This document shows positions 8,425 through 16,877 of a DNA stretch of 22,674 bases, in pieces. Positions within the stretch are counted from its first letter, which is position 1. Each line of letters begins with the position of its first letter. Location: assembly GCA_964247135.1 (NCBI GenBank), contig CAXTTL010000003.1, positions 45,924 through 68,597 on the forward strand, written 5' to 3'. Both the position numbers and the translations under genes were made by a program. Below the pieces are notes generated by a model, which ran no database searches, was not told the origin of the DNA, and saw only the letters and a program-made list of their open reading frames with translations. The stretch is from an uncultured Deinococcales bacterium (lineage in GTDB: Bacteria > Deinococcota > Deinococci > Deinococcales > JAAFIG01).

Positions 8425-8681
8425 GAAAAAACTGCCCCAGCATTGATCGCTTTTTGCAAGAGGTCTTCGGAAACTTTTTAAGCAAAGAGTCTGACCGCCT
8501 TGCGCCGAAACACCAAGATGATCTGCGCCTCACGGCGAATGACCTTGCGCTACGTTTGATCCTCGAGCTGTACGACCAAAACTCCAGCCCTCAGTCCAAC
8601 ATCTTGCGGATCAGCAGCAACCTCGAGATGGCTGGCGAGAAACTGTTGTTTTTGAGCCGACACGTTCAGACTTTGGGTTGA
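8421..8681 (+). CDS. Possible small helical hypothetical protein, 86 aa
   Basis: ATG start after GAGG. Amphipathic Leu-rich composition. No recognisable family. Confidence 0.4.
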   Translation: MRKNCPSIDRFLQEVFGNFLSKESDRLAPKHQDDLRLTANDLALRLILELYDQNSSPQSNILRISSNLEMAGEKLLFLSRHVQTLG

Positions 8682-8754
8682 TTTTTGCCGTCCTCGAGCC
8701 TACAGCGCCCCCAGGCTCGAGATCATTAGCACCTGATTGCAGCGCTCGAGCCGT

Positions 8755-8788
8755 GATCACGCTTTGATAATGCCCCCTCTTTTAAGCT
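8755..8788 (+). promoter_or_regulatory. Putative activator-dependent promoter, copy 2 (GATCACG-N4-GATAATG, N10, TAAGCT)
   Basis: Near-identical to copy 1. It lies about 50 nt upstream of the lipoprotein ATG. Confidence 0.6.
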
Positions 8789-8835
8789 GGCTGCACTTCG
8801 GGTTAAAGCGCCCGACAGAACCTAAGGAGAACACC

Positions 8836-10158
8836 ATGAACCTGAACCGAATCACCCTGACCAGCCTGTTCGCCAGCCTTTTCTTGTCGCTTGCCGCCTG
8901 CAACCAAATGCCGCCAGTCCCAGCCAGCCAGGAAGCACCCGTTCCCGAGGCGGCATCCCAGGTTTCCAGCCAAGCGGTCATGAACCTGGGCAGCTCCAAA
9001 TACCAGATTCGGAATTTCAACGATCTTTACAATCCGAACTGGCTGACCGACATCGGGCAGTACAGTTCGGTGGCGCTGAACAGCGCGGGCAACCCAGTGA
9101 TCGCCATTTACGACGGCACCCGCAACGACCCGAGGTTGTCTACCGCCCCTTATGGCAACGGCGACCTCAAGCTGGTGGTCTGCAACGACCCAACCTGCTC
9201 GAGTACCACCATCACCACCGTGGACCGAGGCACAACCACTTACACCGACGATGTGGGGCGCTACAACTCGATGGTGCTGGACAGCAAAGGCTTCCCAGTG
9301 ATCGCCTACTACGACCAAGGCAACGGACTGATGCTGGCGCATTGCACCAACGCCACCTGCACCAGCAAGAGCATCAAGAAGTTGACTGACACGGGGAGGA
9401 TGAGCGACATCTCGCTGGCGCTTGACCGCTACGGTCTACCGGTCATCGCTTACACCGCAGTCGATTCCAGCAACCGTGGCGTGCTCTCGCTGATCCGCTG
9501 CACGAACGATACCTGCTCCAGCTTCAAACGCCCAGTCATGATTGATGCCGCCCAGGAGGTGTCGCTGGCAATCAGCCGCAATGACGAGCCAGTGATGAGC
9601 TATTACAACGCCACATACGGCAACCTCATGGTGGCAACCTGTGACAGGGATTGCAGCACCAAGCGCATCCAGCTCGTGGACACCATCGGAGATGTCGGAA
9701 AGTACAACTCGCTGGTGCTGATTCCCTTCCAAGACCCTCGAGGTCAAATCACCGAACGTCCATTCGTCAGCTATTACGACGCCACCAACGGCGACCTCAA
9801 GACGGTCTACTGCGGCAACATCTATTGCTCGAGCGGCAACACCTTCCAGACCTTGGACAGTGAGGGCGACGTGGGGCAGTACACCTCGCTGAAGTTGTCA
9901 AGCAACGGCAGCCCAGTCATGAGCTACTACGATGCCACCAACCAAGACCTCAAGGTGGCTTACTGCGACCCTGGTCAACCCTTCGCCAAAGTTCCTACGA
10001 CCCCATGCCAGGAAACCCAGTACAATGTCATCCAGACCGTGGACAGCTACAAGGATATCGGGCAGTACAGCTCGCTGGTGCTCGATGCCAACAACAATCC
10101 GGTCATCAGCTACTACTACACCAGCTACCAAGGTCTTAGGTTTGCCCGTCGGCTCTAA
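8836..10158 (+). CDS. Lipoprotein with seven ~50-aa repeats (predicted 7-bladed beta-propeller, Cys-paired loops)
   Basis: AAGGAG SD before ATG 8836. Signal peptide with lipobox LAAC (Cys22), then a Pro/Ala/Ser linker. Repeats follow D[VI]G.Y.S..L...G.P.[IM][AS]YYD...DLK...C. Confidence 0.88.
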   Translation: MNLNRITLTSLFASLFLSLAACNQMPPVPASQEAPVPEAASQVSSQAVMNLGSSKYQIRNFNDLYNPNWLTDIGQYSSVALNSAGNPVIAIYDGTRNDPRLSTAPYGNGDLKLVVCNDPTCSSTTITTVDRGTTTYTDDVGRYNSMVLDSKGFPVIAYYDQGNGLMLAHCTNATCTSKSIKKLTDTGRMSDISLALDRYGLPVIAYTAVDSSNRGVLSLIRCTNDTCSSFKRPVMIDAAQEVSLAISRNDEPVMSYYNATYGNLMVATCDRDCSTKRIQLVDTIGDVGKYNSLVLIPFQDPRGQITERPFVSYYDATNGDLKTVYCGNIYCSSGNTFQTLDSEGDVGQYTSLKLSSNGSPVMSYYDATNQDLKVAYCDPGQPFAKVPTTPCQETQYNVIQTVDSYKDIGQYSSLVLDANNNPVISYYYTSYQGLRFARRL

Positions 10159-10198
10159 CACCACGGTCAGTATCAAGCAAACTTCAACTTAAAAATGA

Positions 10199-10229
10199 CG
10201 CTCGAGATTCCGTGTTGGAATCTCGAGCG
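10199..10229. terminator. 13-bp stem-loop, possible terminator
   Basis: CGCTCGAGATTCC-gtgtt-GGAATCTCGAGCG, 40 nt after the lipoprotein stop. The U-tract is weak on + and slightly better on -. Confidence 0.5.
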
Positions 10230-10329
10230 CCAATATATTTGGTGTAGATCAAACGATGTCTCGAGATTGGAGCATTGTGTTGCCAAAACGGTACTCGAGT
10301 CTTGTGGAATTTACGATGACTGGTGGGAG

Positions 10330-10335
10330 TAGAAT
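10330..10335 (+). promoter_or_regulatory. -10 box (TAGAAT) of a putative leaderless aldo/keto reductase transcript
   Basis: TAGAAT-ttcgtc-ATG, 6-nt spacer. Confidence 0.6.
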
Positions 10336-10341
10336 TTCGTC

Positions 10342-11361
10342 ATGACCCAATACCGCACGCTCGGACGTTCTGGCTTAAGAGTTTCCCCCATCGCCCTTGG
10401 CACCATGCAGTTTGGTTGGACGGCGGACGAAGCAATAAGCCAAACCATCATGGATGCTTACGTGGCGCACGGTGGAAATTTCATTGACACCGCCGACATT
10501 TACTCGTTTTGGGCAGCCAACAACCCTGGCGGCGTCAGCGAAGAAATTATTGGGCGTTGGATGAAAGCGCGACACAACCGCGATCAATTGATTGTCGCCA
10601 CCAAAGTTCGTGGACCAATGGGCGTCAACGGAAATGAAGGACGAAACAGCATCCATCAACGTGAGGGACTCTCGAGAAAATGGATTTTACGCGCCTGCGA
10701 GGACAGTTTAAAGCGCTTGCAAGTCGATCATATTGACCTGTACCAAGTGCATTGGGTGGACTCGAGCACGCCGATTGAAGAAACGCTGTCCGCATTGACC
10801 GACCTGGTGCGCAAGGGGTACGTGCGTTACATCGGTTGCTCGAATTTTAGCGCCTGGCGTTTGATGCAATCACTTTGGACATCCGACAAACACAACCTCG
10901 AGAAATTCGTCAGCATCCAACCCGAGTACAACCTGGCGCAACCCGTCCGCGCCAACTTCGAGCGTGAACTCTCACGTGTGGCGCTCGAGTACGGCATCGG
11001 CGTGATTCCCTACAGCCCGCTGGCGGCAGGCTTTTTCACAGGCAAATACAAACGTGGGCAACCTTTGCCAGAGAGTGTTCGCGCCAGCGAGATTGGCTCG
11101 CGTCGCATGAGCGATCAGAACTTTGATACCGTCGAAAAACTGCTCGAGATTGCCGCACGGCACAACAGCACCGCCACCCGCGTTTGCCTCGCCTGGATGC
11201 TGGCACAACCGTTCATGACCGCGCCGATCATTGGGGCGAACAACACCACGCAACTCGAGGATTCGCTAGGCGCGGTGGATTTGCTGCTCTCGAGCGAAGA
11301 GATTGCCGAGATTTCCAAGGTTTCGGATTGGACTCGGGCACGAACCGAACTTGAGCAATAA
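10342..11361 (+). CDS. Aldo/keto reductase
   Basis: [27 protein letters not shown] (catalytic Asp/Tyr), IVATK, IDLYQVH, GCSNF, YSPLAAG and PIIGA motifs. Confidence 0.96.
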   Translation: MTQYRTLGRSGLRVSPIALGTMQFGWTADEAISQTIMDAYVAHGGNFIDTADIYSFWAANNPGGVSEEIIGRWMKARHNRDQLIVATKVRGPMGVNGNEGRNSIHQREGLSRKWILRACEDSLKRLQVDHIDLYQVHWVDSSTPIEETLSALTDLVRKGYVRYIGCSNFSAWRLMQSLWTSDKHNLEKFVSIQPEYNLAQPVRANFERELSRVALEYGIGVIPYSPLAAGFFTGKYKRGQPLPESVRASEIGSRRMSDQNFDTVEKLLEIAARHNSTATRVCLAWMLAQPFMTAPIIGANNTTQLEDSLGAVDLLLSSEEIAEISKVSDWTRARTELEQ

Positions 11362-11364
11362 TAC

Positions 11365-11961
11365 TCATTTCAAGCGCATTCCGTACAAAAAAGAAAACAC
11401 ATGTTCCTCGAGTTTAACAAAACCCAAATGCTCGTAAAATGCTACGGCATTGAGGTTTCTTTTGCTGACCCCAAGGTGAACACCCTCAACCCCCAATTCC
11501 CGAAGTCGCTCGAGAAACACGGTCATGATCTTGCGACCCATGCCGTGCCCCTGCGCCCTGGGCAGCAAATCGATGTGCAAATGCGCGGGATAAAGTTCCG
11601 TACCCTCATCGACGTGATACCCCTTTTGAATCAACTCGAGCAACCAGGTTTCGGTCGGCAAACTCGAGGGGGTCAGCACGTATTTTGAGCGCAGCGGCGG
11701 CAACCAAACCGTGTTCATGAAGGTTTCAAAAGCGCTTGAGTCTCGGGTGCCAAGCACATAACCGCAAGCGCCCATCTCGTCGGTCAGCACAAAGGTCAAT
11801 TCAGGCTCGAGGCTTGGGTAAGGCGCGGCGAAAAAATCCCCGACCAGGTTCGGGTCGGTGTACAAATGCGTGCCGTCGTGACCGTTGTCGCCCGTCAGCA
11901 AGCAAATTCGGTAAAGGTCGGGTAGAAATTCTGGTCGGTATGGTTCGATGTTGAAGGTCAT
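11365..11961 (-). CDS. GNAT family N-acetyltransferase
   Basis: YPAHLHIDLLPRAQGHGMGR (acetyl-CoA motif A) and N.NAVAFYEHLGF. Leaderless-type TACTAT box at 11968-11973. Confidence 0.92.
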   Translation of the reverse strand: MTFNIEPYRPEFLPDLYRICLLTGDNGHDGTHLYTDPNLVGDFFAAPYPSLEPELTFVLTDEMGACGYVLGTRDSSAFETFMNTVWLPPLRSKYVLTPSSLPTETWLLELIQKGYHVDEGTELYPAHLHIDLLPRAQGHGMGRKIMTVFLERLRELGVEGVHLGVSKRNLNAVAFYEHLGFVKLEEHVFSFLYGMRLK

Positions 11962-11983
11962 GAATCAATAGTAGCTCGAGCGT

Positions 11984-13021
11984 TCACTTTTGGTCTGGAT
12001 ACGCGACGGGCAAGAAGCGTTCTGGTATTTCCCAGACGACCAATTTTAAATTCTCAGGCAACGCTTTCAAAAATTCTCGCATCGGCGTGATCGGACCTTT
12101 GCCCTCGAGCGCCAAGTTGAGCAGATCGGTTTGCAACTCGAGTTTTAACGCACCGTCAAAATTGAATTTCGGGTTGGCGCTGTAACTCGTGCCGACCAAT
12201 GCCACCTCGATTTTGGAATCCCCGAACAAGCCCGCGCCCGCGCTTTGGCTGCCTTCAACGACTGGCGTCTCGAGCTGGTCTGGCGCGGGTTTTGGAGAAA
12301 AGCTGGCGAGCGGAATAAATTTCAGCAAGTCACCCTCATGCGCTGCGACCTTGCCAGGTTTTTGCGTGAAAGTTTGAGTTTGAAACTCGAGCAAGGGTTT
12401 GACTGCCTCAGCCACGGCGTGCGCCGCCACCCGAGCACCCTGCGGTGTCCAGTGCGTGTCGGTTTTTAAAAACATCGAATCTCGAGTTTTCATGGCGTTG
12501 AGAACATCTGGCGCAATCACACCTTTGGCTTGCAAACCAGTTAAAAATTTCGCGTAAACATCATCCCAATATTTCGGGCGCACATGGCGTCCCAAATGCC
12601 CTGGATAAACCCTGGCTTTGGCTGGGACGAGGACGACCGCCAGCTTGATACCCGCATTCTCGAGCGCGGTTTTGACTTGGCTGACGTACTCGAGTTTGCC
12701 TGCAATCTCGGCATCAAAATTTTTCGGACGCTCGAACTCTTCACTGCTGTAAAACCAGCCGTCGCTGCCGACCAAAACGCCCTTGCGTCCATTGCCAAAG
12801 ATTGAAAACTCGAGCGACCCCCAAGCATCAATTGCCGCCTGACGAAGTGGGAAGGCTTTCTCGAGGCTTGTTTCCAAGGCTTTGCTTCGCGCACCATTGA
12901 GCAGGGTTTTATCGGTTAAATTTTCCGTCCAGCCGCCACCCGCCACCGTCAAAACCAAACCGGCAGCAACCGTTGCCAGCAGCACCAGGGCGTTCAAACC
13001 AAAAGCTCGAGTTTGCATCAT
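11984..13021 (-). CDS. algJ: AlgJ/AlgX-family SGNH-like polysaccharide O-acetyltransferase
   Basis: N-terminal membrane anchor, G.DGWFY, VPAKARVYP, FLKTDTHWTPQGA (Asp/His), LVGTSYS (Ser) and VVWEIPER. The start could be 13018. Confidence 0.88.
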   Translation of the reverse strand: MMQTRAFGLNALVLLATVAAGLVLTVAGGGWTENLTDKTLLNGARSKALETSLEKAFPLRQAAIDAWGSLEFSIFGNGRKGVLVGSDGWFYSSEEFERPKNFDAEIAGKLEYVSQVKTALENAGIKLAVVLVPAKARVYPGHLGRHVRPKYWDDVYAKFLTGLQAKGVIAPDVLNAMKTRDSMFLKTDTHWTPQGARVAAHAVAEAVKPLLEFQTQTFTQKPGKVAAHEGDLLKFIPLASFSPKPAPDQLETPVVEGSQSAGAGLFGDSKIEVALVGTSYSANPKFNFDGALKLELQTDLLNLALEGKGPITPMREFLKALPENLKLVVWEIPERFLPVAYPDQK

Positions 13022-13028
13022 AAAAACC

Positions 13029-14417
13029 TCAAAATTGAAAATATAAAAACGGCGAGAAACTCTGCGAGAGCATCCTCGAGAGGCTGATCAGAAACAACAA
13101 CGGGATGAGCCACAAACCCCAAGTGACCCGAGGATTGTTTTGACTTGCCCACCGCGCGCCCGCATACGTGGCAACAAATCCAGCGATCAACGCCGCAACC
13201 TCGAGTCCTGTGATTTGAAAGGAGAGCGAATCCGAAACGCCCACGCCATTCAAACCGATCATGCCCGTTAACACTCGAGTTGCCGCCGCCATGTTTTCAC
13301 TGCGGAAAAACACCCAACCGATCACGACCAAAATCATTGTGCCTGGAATGGTCAACCATGAACTCAGCGGCGCTCGACGACCTTTAAGCGCCCGCTCGAG
13401 CGCCAGAATGCCGCCGTGCCACGCGCCCCAAATGACAAACGTCCAATTTGCCCCGTGCCACAAACCGCCCAAGACCATTGTTGTGGTTAGGTTGAAATAG
13501 GTTCGCGCCGTGCCGTAGCGGTTGCCGCCGAGCGGAATGTAGAGATACTCGCGCAACCAACTGGACAAACTGATGTGCCAGCGCCGCCAAAATTCGGTGA
13601 TCGAGCGGCTGATGTACGGGTGCAAAAAGTTTTCGGGGAATTCAAAACCCATCATGAGCGCCAGACCGATTGCCATGTCCGAATAGCCCGAGAAGTCAAA
13701 GAAGATTTGCATGGTGTACGCCAAAGCGCCCAACCAGGCGTCCAAAAAACTCGGATGACTGAGCAAGAACACTGCATCGGCAAGTGGGGCAATCGTATCC
13801 GCCAGCAAAACTTTTTTGGTGAAACCCAGCATGAACCGAGTCGCACCCCTCGAGAATCGATCCCAAGAATGCACTCGAGCGCGAAATTGTTCTGCCAGCA
13901 GGTGATAGCGCAAAACTGGACCCGCAATCAGGTGCGGGAACAAGGCAATAAACGCCGCAAAATCGATGATGTTCTGGGTTGGGCGAGCCTCTTGGCGGTA
14001 AATGTCCACCAGGTAGGAAATGGCGTGAAAAATAAAGAACGACAAGCCAATCGGCAAGATCACGGGCGTCCAAGAAACCGCGTGAACACCCAGTTTCTCG
14101 AGGATCGAATTCAAAGATGCAACGCCGAAATTGGCGTACTTGAAATACGCCAATGCCAGCAAATTGAGTGTGACCGCAAAACTGAGCAACCTGAATTTAA
14201 CTCGAGCATCCTGGGTTTTTTCGATTTGCAGCGCAAAACCGTAAGCCACGACCGTAATGCCAGCCAGCAATATCAGAAAATCGATGCGCCACCAGGCGTA
14301 AAACGCGTAACTGCCCAGCAGAATCAAGAATGATCGAAACTTGAACGGGATGAGGTAATACACACCCAGAAAAACGGGCAGAAAAACAAACAAGAAAATG
14401 CCACTCGAGAAAACCAT
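13029..14417 (-). CDS. algI: AlgI-family MBOAT O-acyltransferase
   Basis: MVFSS..FLF.FLP, LPIGLSFFIF, FPHLIAGP, DFSGYSDMAIGL, FWRRWHISLS.WLREYLYIPLGGNR, GLWHGANW (catalytic His) and C-terminal PFLYFQF. GGAG SD before ATG 14417. Confidence 0.95.
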   Translation of the reverse strand: MVFSSGIFLFVFLPVFLGVYYLIPFKFRSFLILLGSYAFYAWWRIDFLILLAGITVVAYGFALQIEKTQDARVKFRLLSFAVTLNLLALAYFKYANFGVASLNSILEKLGVHAVSWTPVILPIGLSFFIFHAISYLVDIYRQEARPTQNIIDFAAFIALFPHLIAGPVLRYHLLAEQFRARVHSWDRFSRGATRFMLGFTKKVLLADTIAPLADAVFLLSHPSFLDAWLGALAYTMQIFFDFSGYSDMAIGLALMMGFEFPENFLHPYISRSITEFWRRWHISLSSWLREYLYIPLGGNRYGTARTYFNLTTTMVLGGLWHGANWTFVIWGAWHGGILALERALKGRRAPLSSWLTIPGTMILVVIGWVFFRSENMAAATRVLTGMIGLNGVGVSDSLSFQITGLEVAALIAGFVATYAGARWASQNNPRVTWGLWLIPLLFLISLSRMLSQSFSPFLYFQF

Positions 14418-14423
14418 ATTCAA

Positions 14424-15695
14424 TTACTCCGTGGGTTTTAAGCTGCTGAAATTGCAAACGCGCACGTCCAAACCGCCTTGGGTGACGTGACTGGTATCAA
14501 ACTCGAGATCACCCAAACCGTTGCGGAAACAGCGCCATAAAACATCAGACGGGCAGAGGCAAAACCCGATCAACGCCCCGCCAGATTCTCGAGCTTCAAG
14601 CGCCCATTCTTGAACCTTTAAACCCAAATCGGTGAACAGTTTTTCGACATCGGTTTCTTGAGAAAGCCGCAAACCATACGGCGGATGAAGCGGCATCAAA
14701 TTCATTTCTCGGGGTTTGATGATTTCAGTGTTTGGAACCTGAAAAACATCTTTTAAAAGCGCCGAGATTCTGGGCAGTCGCAAGCCAAAATCCTCGAGTT
14801 TTTCAGTCACGTTTTCAAGATTTTGCTCGAGTTCATGAAATTGCTTGCGGTTGTTTTCGATGAAAGTGAGTTCTGGGAGTTCGGCTTCGCTGGCAGCCCT
14901 GGTGATGCGCTTGTCCCACCAGTTTTGGGCGGCTTCGGTTGGATGTGCAAGATGCTGCCAAGCTCGAGGGACATCCCAAATGCTGGGCGGCAAACCAAAC
15001 AGCGAATGCCACGCTTCAACGCCCAAGGTTCCACTGCCCGCGAACGGCACAACCACGCTCGAGGCTTCCAAAGCTCGAGGCTCGAAGGCTGTAAGGCGTT
15101 TTAAGACCGCGCTCGCCAAATCCTCCCGCAACGTTGCGGGCGTGCCCGTCAAAGCCCGCCAGCCGCGTTTGTGCAGCGCGTCAGACCCCAAACTCACCCG
15201 AACCCGCAACCGATCTGCACCACTCTCAAGTTCGATGCGGGTCAATTGGCTGTCTCGAGCGTCATCCTCGAGCAAAATCGTGTACCCGCGCACGCTGAAA
15301 AATTCTTCGGCAATCTCTTGCAAACGCCCCGCATGAGGTAGCACACCACTTGCCGCTTCGCTGCGAACCTCGAGCGTACAACCAGGCTCGAGCAAATCTT
15401 TGAACGGTAATTTCCCAAGTGCGAGCGGAACATCCGACCAGGATTTGGCGGTTACCGACAAGAACGCCAAGCACAAATCATGCACCGTGCTGAGACGCGC
15501 CGCGAGTTCGCACGCCAATTCCCAGGAGGCGTTGCGCACCCGCACAAAACCTCGAGCCTGTTCGACGCTGGCAGCGAATTTATGCGGTTTCCAAGGTTGG
15601 GCAATGATGGCACTCGCGTCAGCCGCGACTTCGGGCAGTGTTCCAGGCGAACCGTACAACTCGAGCGTTAAAGGTCTGGAGGTGATGACGTTCAT
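14424..15695 (-). CDS. Divergent THUMP-domain / RlmL-like SAM-dependent RNA methyltransferase
   Basis: LHKRGWR...ATLREDLASAVL, VPFAGSGTLGVEA (SAM motif I) and HPPYGLRL (NPPY-like). Leaderless-type TAGGCT box at 15703-15708. Confidence 0.75.
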   Translation of the reverse strand: MNVITSRPLTLELYGSPGTLPEVAADASAIIAQPWKPHKFAASVEQARGFVRVRNASWELACELAARLSTVHDLCLAFLSVTAKSWSDVPLALGKLPFKDLLEPGCTLEVRSEAASGVLPHAGRLQEIAEEFFSVRGYTILLEDDARDSQLTRIELESGADRLRVRVSLGSDALHKRGWRALTGTPATLREDLASAVLKRLTAFEPRALEASSVVVPFAGSGTLGVEAWHSLFGLPPSIWDVPRAWQHLAHPTEAAQNWWDKRITRAASEAELPELTFIENNRKQFHELEQNLENVTEKLEDFGLRLPRISALLKDVFQVPNTEIIKPREMNLMPLHPPYGLRLSQETDVEKLFTDLGLKVQEWALEARESGGALIGFCLCPSDVLWRCFRNGLGDLEFDTSHVTQGGLDVRVCNFSSLKPTE

Positions 15696-15925
15696 GGCTC
15701 AGAGCCTACCGCGTTTGCCCCTAAGACAAAATGAAATCAAGCTCAAAGCTGACAATTTGCTCGAGCGAAACCTGCTTCTTCAACTTCTTCATCTCGAGTG
15801 TTGTTCTCGGCACGCCGCAAAAACCCGAGTGTTGCGTGGCAATAGGCTTGCTCGGTTGCGGCAAACACAAATTCCTTCAATCGGAACACGTTTTGACTTG
15901 ATCCACGCCAAGCTGGTGGCAAGCT

Positions 15926-16840
15926 TCAGATTCTGCCACCAAACGATCCTTCGTGTCTCGAGATAAACGCATTCAAGACCCGTTGGTACTCGGTTACCTC
16001 TTCGACATGGGCGGTGTGCGAACTGTTCTCGAACAAAACCCACTCTGAGCCAGCGATGCCGTCATGAACGGTTTGCGCGATCAGGGGCGTTGCCTCGTCG
16101 TACTTGCCCGAGGTCACCAAGGTCGGCGCGTTGATCTTGCCAAGTTGCGCCGTGATGTCCCAGTTTTTGAGCGTGCCGATCACATGAAATTCGCTGGGTC
16201 CGTTCATGGTGTTGTAAACCTCGGGGTTGGCTGCCAGTTTGGCAAAACTGCGCTGGACATCATCTGGATTTGGCACGATCCGGCAGACGTGACGGTTGTA
16301 AAACTCGGTCATGGCGGCAAGGTATTCCGGCGAATCGGTCGTGCCGGCGGCTTCCTGCTCGAGCAGCACCGCATTGATTTGGCTTGGAAGTTCTTGGCGC
16401 AGCTTGTTGGCTTCCTGAACCCACTGCACCATGCTGGCGGGAGAACTGGCAACCGTCAGGCTGGCAACGCCAAGGGGACGGCGAATCATGTATTCCATCG
16501 CCAACATCCCGCCCCACGATTGCCCGAGCAAATGGATGCGCTCGAGTCCGAGTGCCTTTCGGACGGCATCGATTTCCTCGAGGTACAATTCAACCGTCCA
16601 CAGTTCTGGCTTGGAAACATCGAGGCTCGATAAGCCGCAACCGAGTTGATCGTAGAAAATCACGCGCCGCCCCGTGTCCGCCATGCCAGCAAGCGACCAG
16701 AGGTAATCGTGGCAAGCCCCAGGTCCGCCGTGCAACAAGAGCAGCGGCAGCTTGCCTGGGTCTTCCCCAGTGCCGACGATTTTGTACCAGGTTTTATAGC
16801 CTTTGAAGGGGATGTAACCTTCGGTGCTGGCTTGGGTCAT
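15926..16840 (-). CDS. pip: Proline iminopeptidase / L-amino acid amidase family alpha/beta hydrolase (peptidase S33)
   Basis: LHGGPG, FYDQLGCG, GQSWGG nucleophile elbow, MNGPSEF, G.YDEATP and SSHTAH. AAGGA SD. Confidence 0.92.
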   Translation of the reverse strand: MTQASTEGYIPFKGYKTWYKIVGTGEDPGKLPLLLLHGGPGACHDYLWSLAGMADTGRRVIFYDQLGCGLSSLDVSKPELWTVELYLEEIDAVRKALGLERIHLLGQSWGGMLAMEYMIRRPLGVASLTVASSPASMVQWVQEANKLRQELPSQINAVLLEQEAAGTTDSPEYLAAMTEFYNRHVCRIVPNPDDVQRSFAKLAANPEVYNTMNGPSEFHVIGTLKNWDITAQLGKINAPTLVTSGKYDEATPLIAQTVHDGIAGSEWVLFENSSHTAHVEEVTEYQRVLNAFISRHEGSFGGRI

Positions 16841-16877
16841 GGGTCATCCTTTCATGGTTTCTCGAGCAAGTGCAAAT

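Noticed and set aside
8227-8817. Both promoter copies translate as DHALIMP…LKRPT in one frame
   Set aside because: DHALIMP follows from the DNA repeat. The LKRPT match uses different codons and is curious, but there is no SD or start in common, and the promoter interpretation explains the spacing better.
9040-10140. Recurring DNA repeats (e.g. gggcagtaca, acgacgccaccaac-like) that could suggest an array
   Set aside because: These are coding repeats of the propeller blades. There is no constant repeat-spacer structure and no cas gene, so it is not CRISPR.
15709-15925. Intergenic stretch with an imperfect hairpin (15814-15862) and a short - strand frame loosely resembling a hydrolase C-terminus
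   Set aside because: Pairing is irregular, it matches no ncRNA or riboswitch I recognise, and the protein similarity is too weak.
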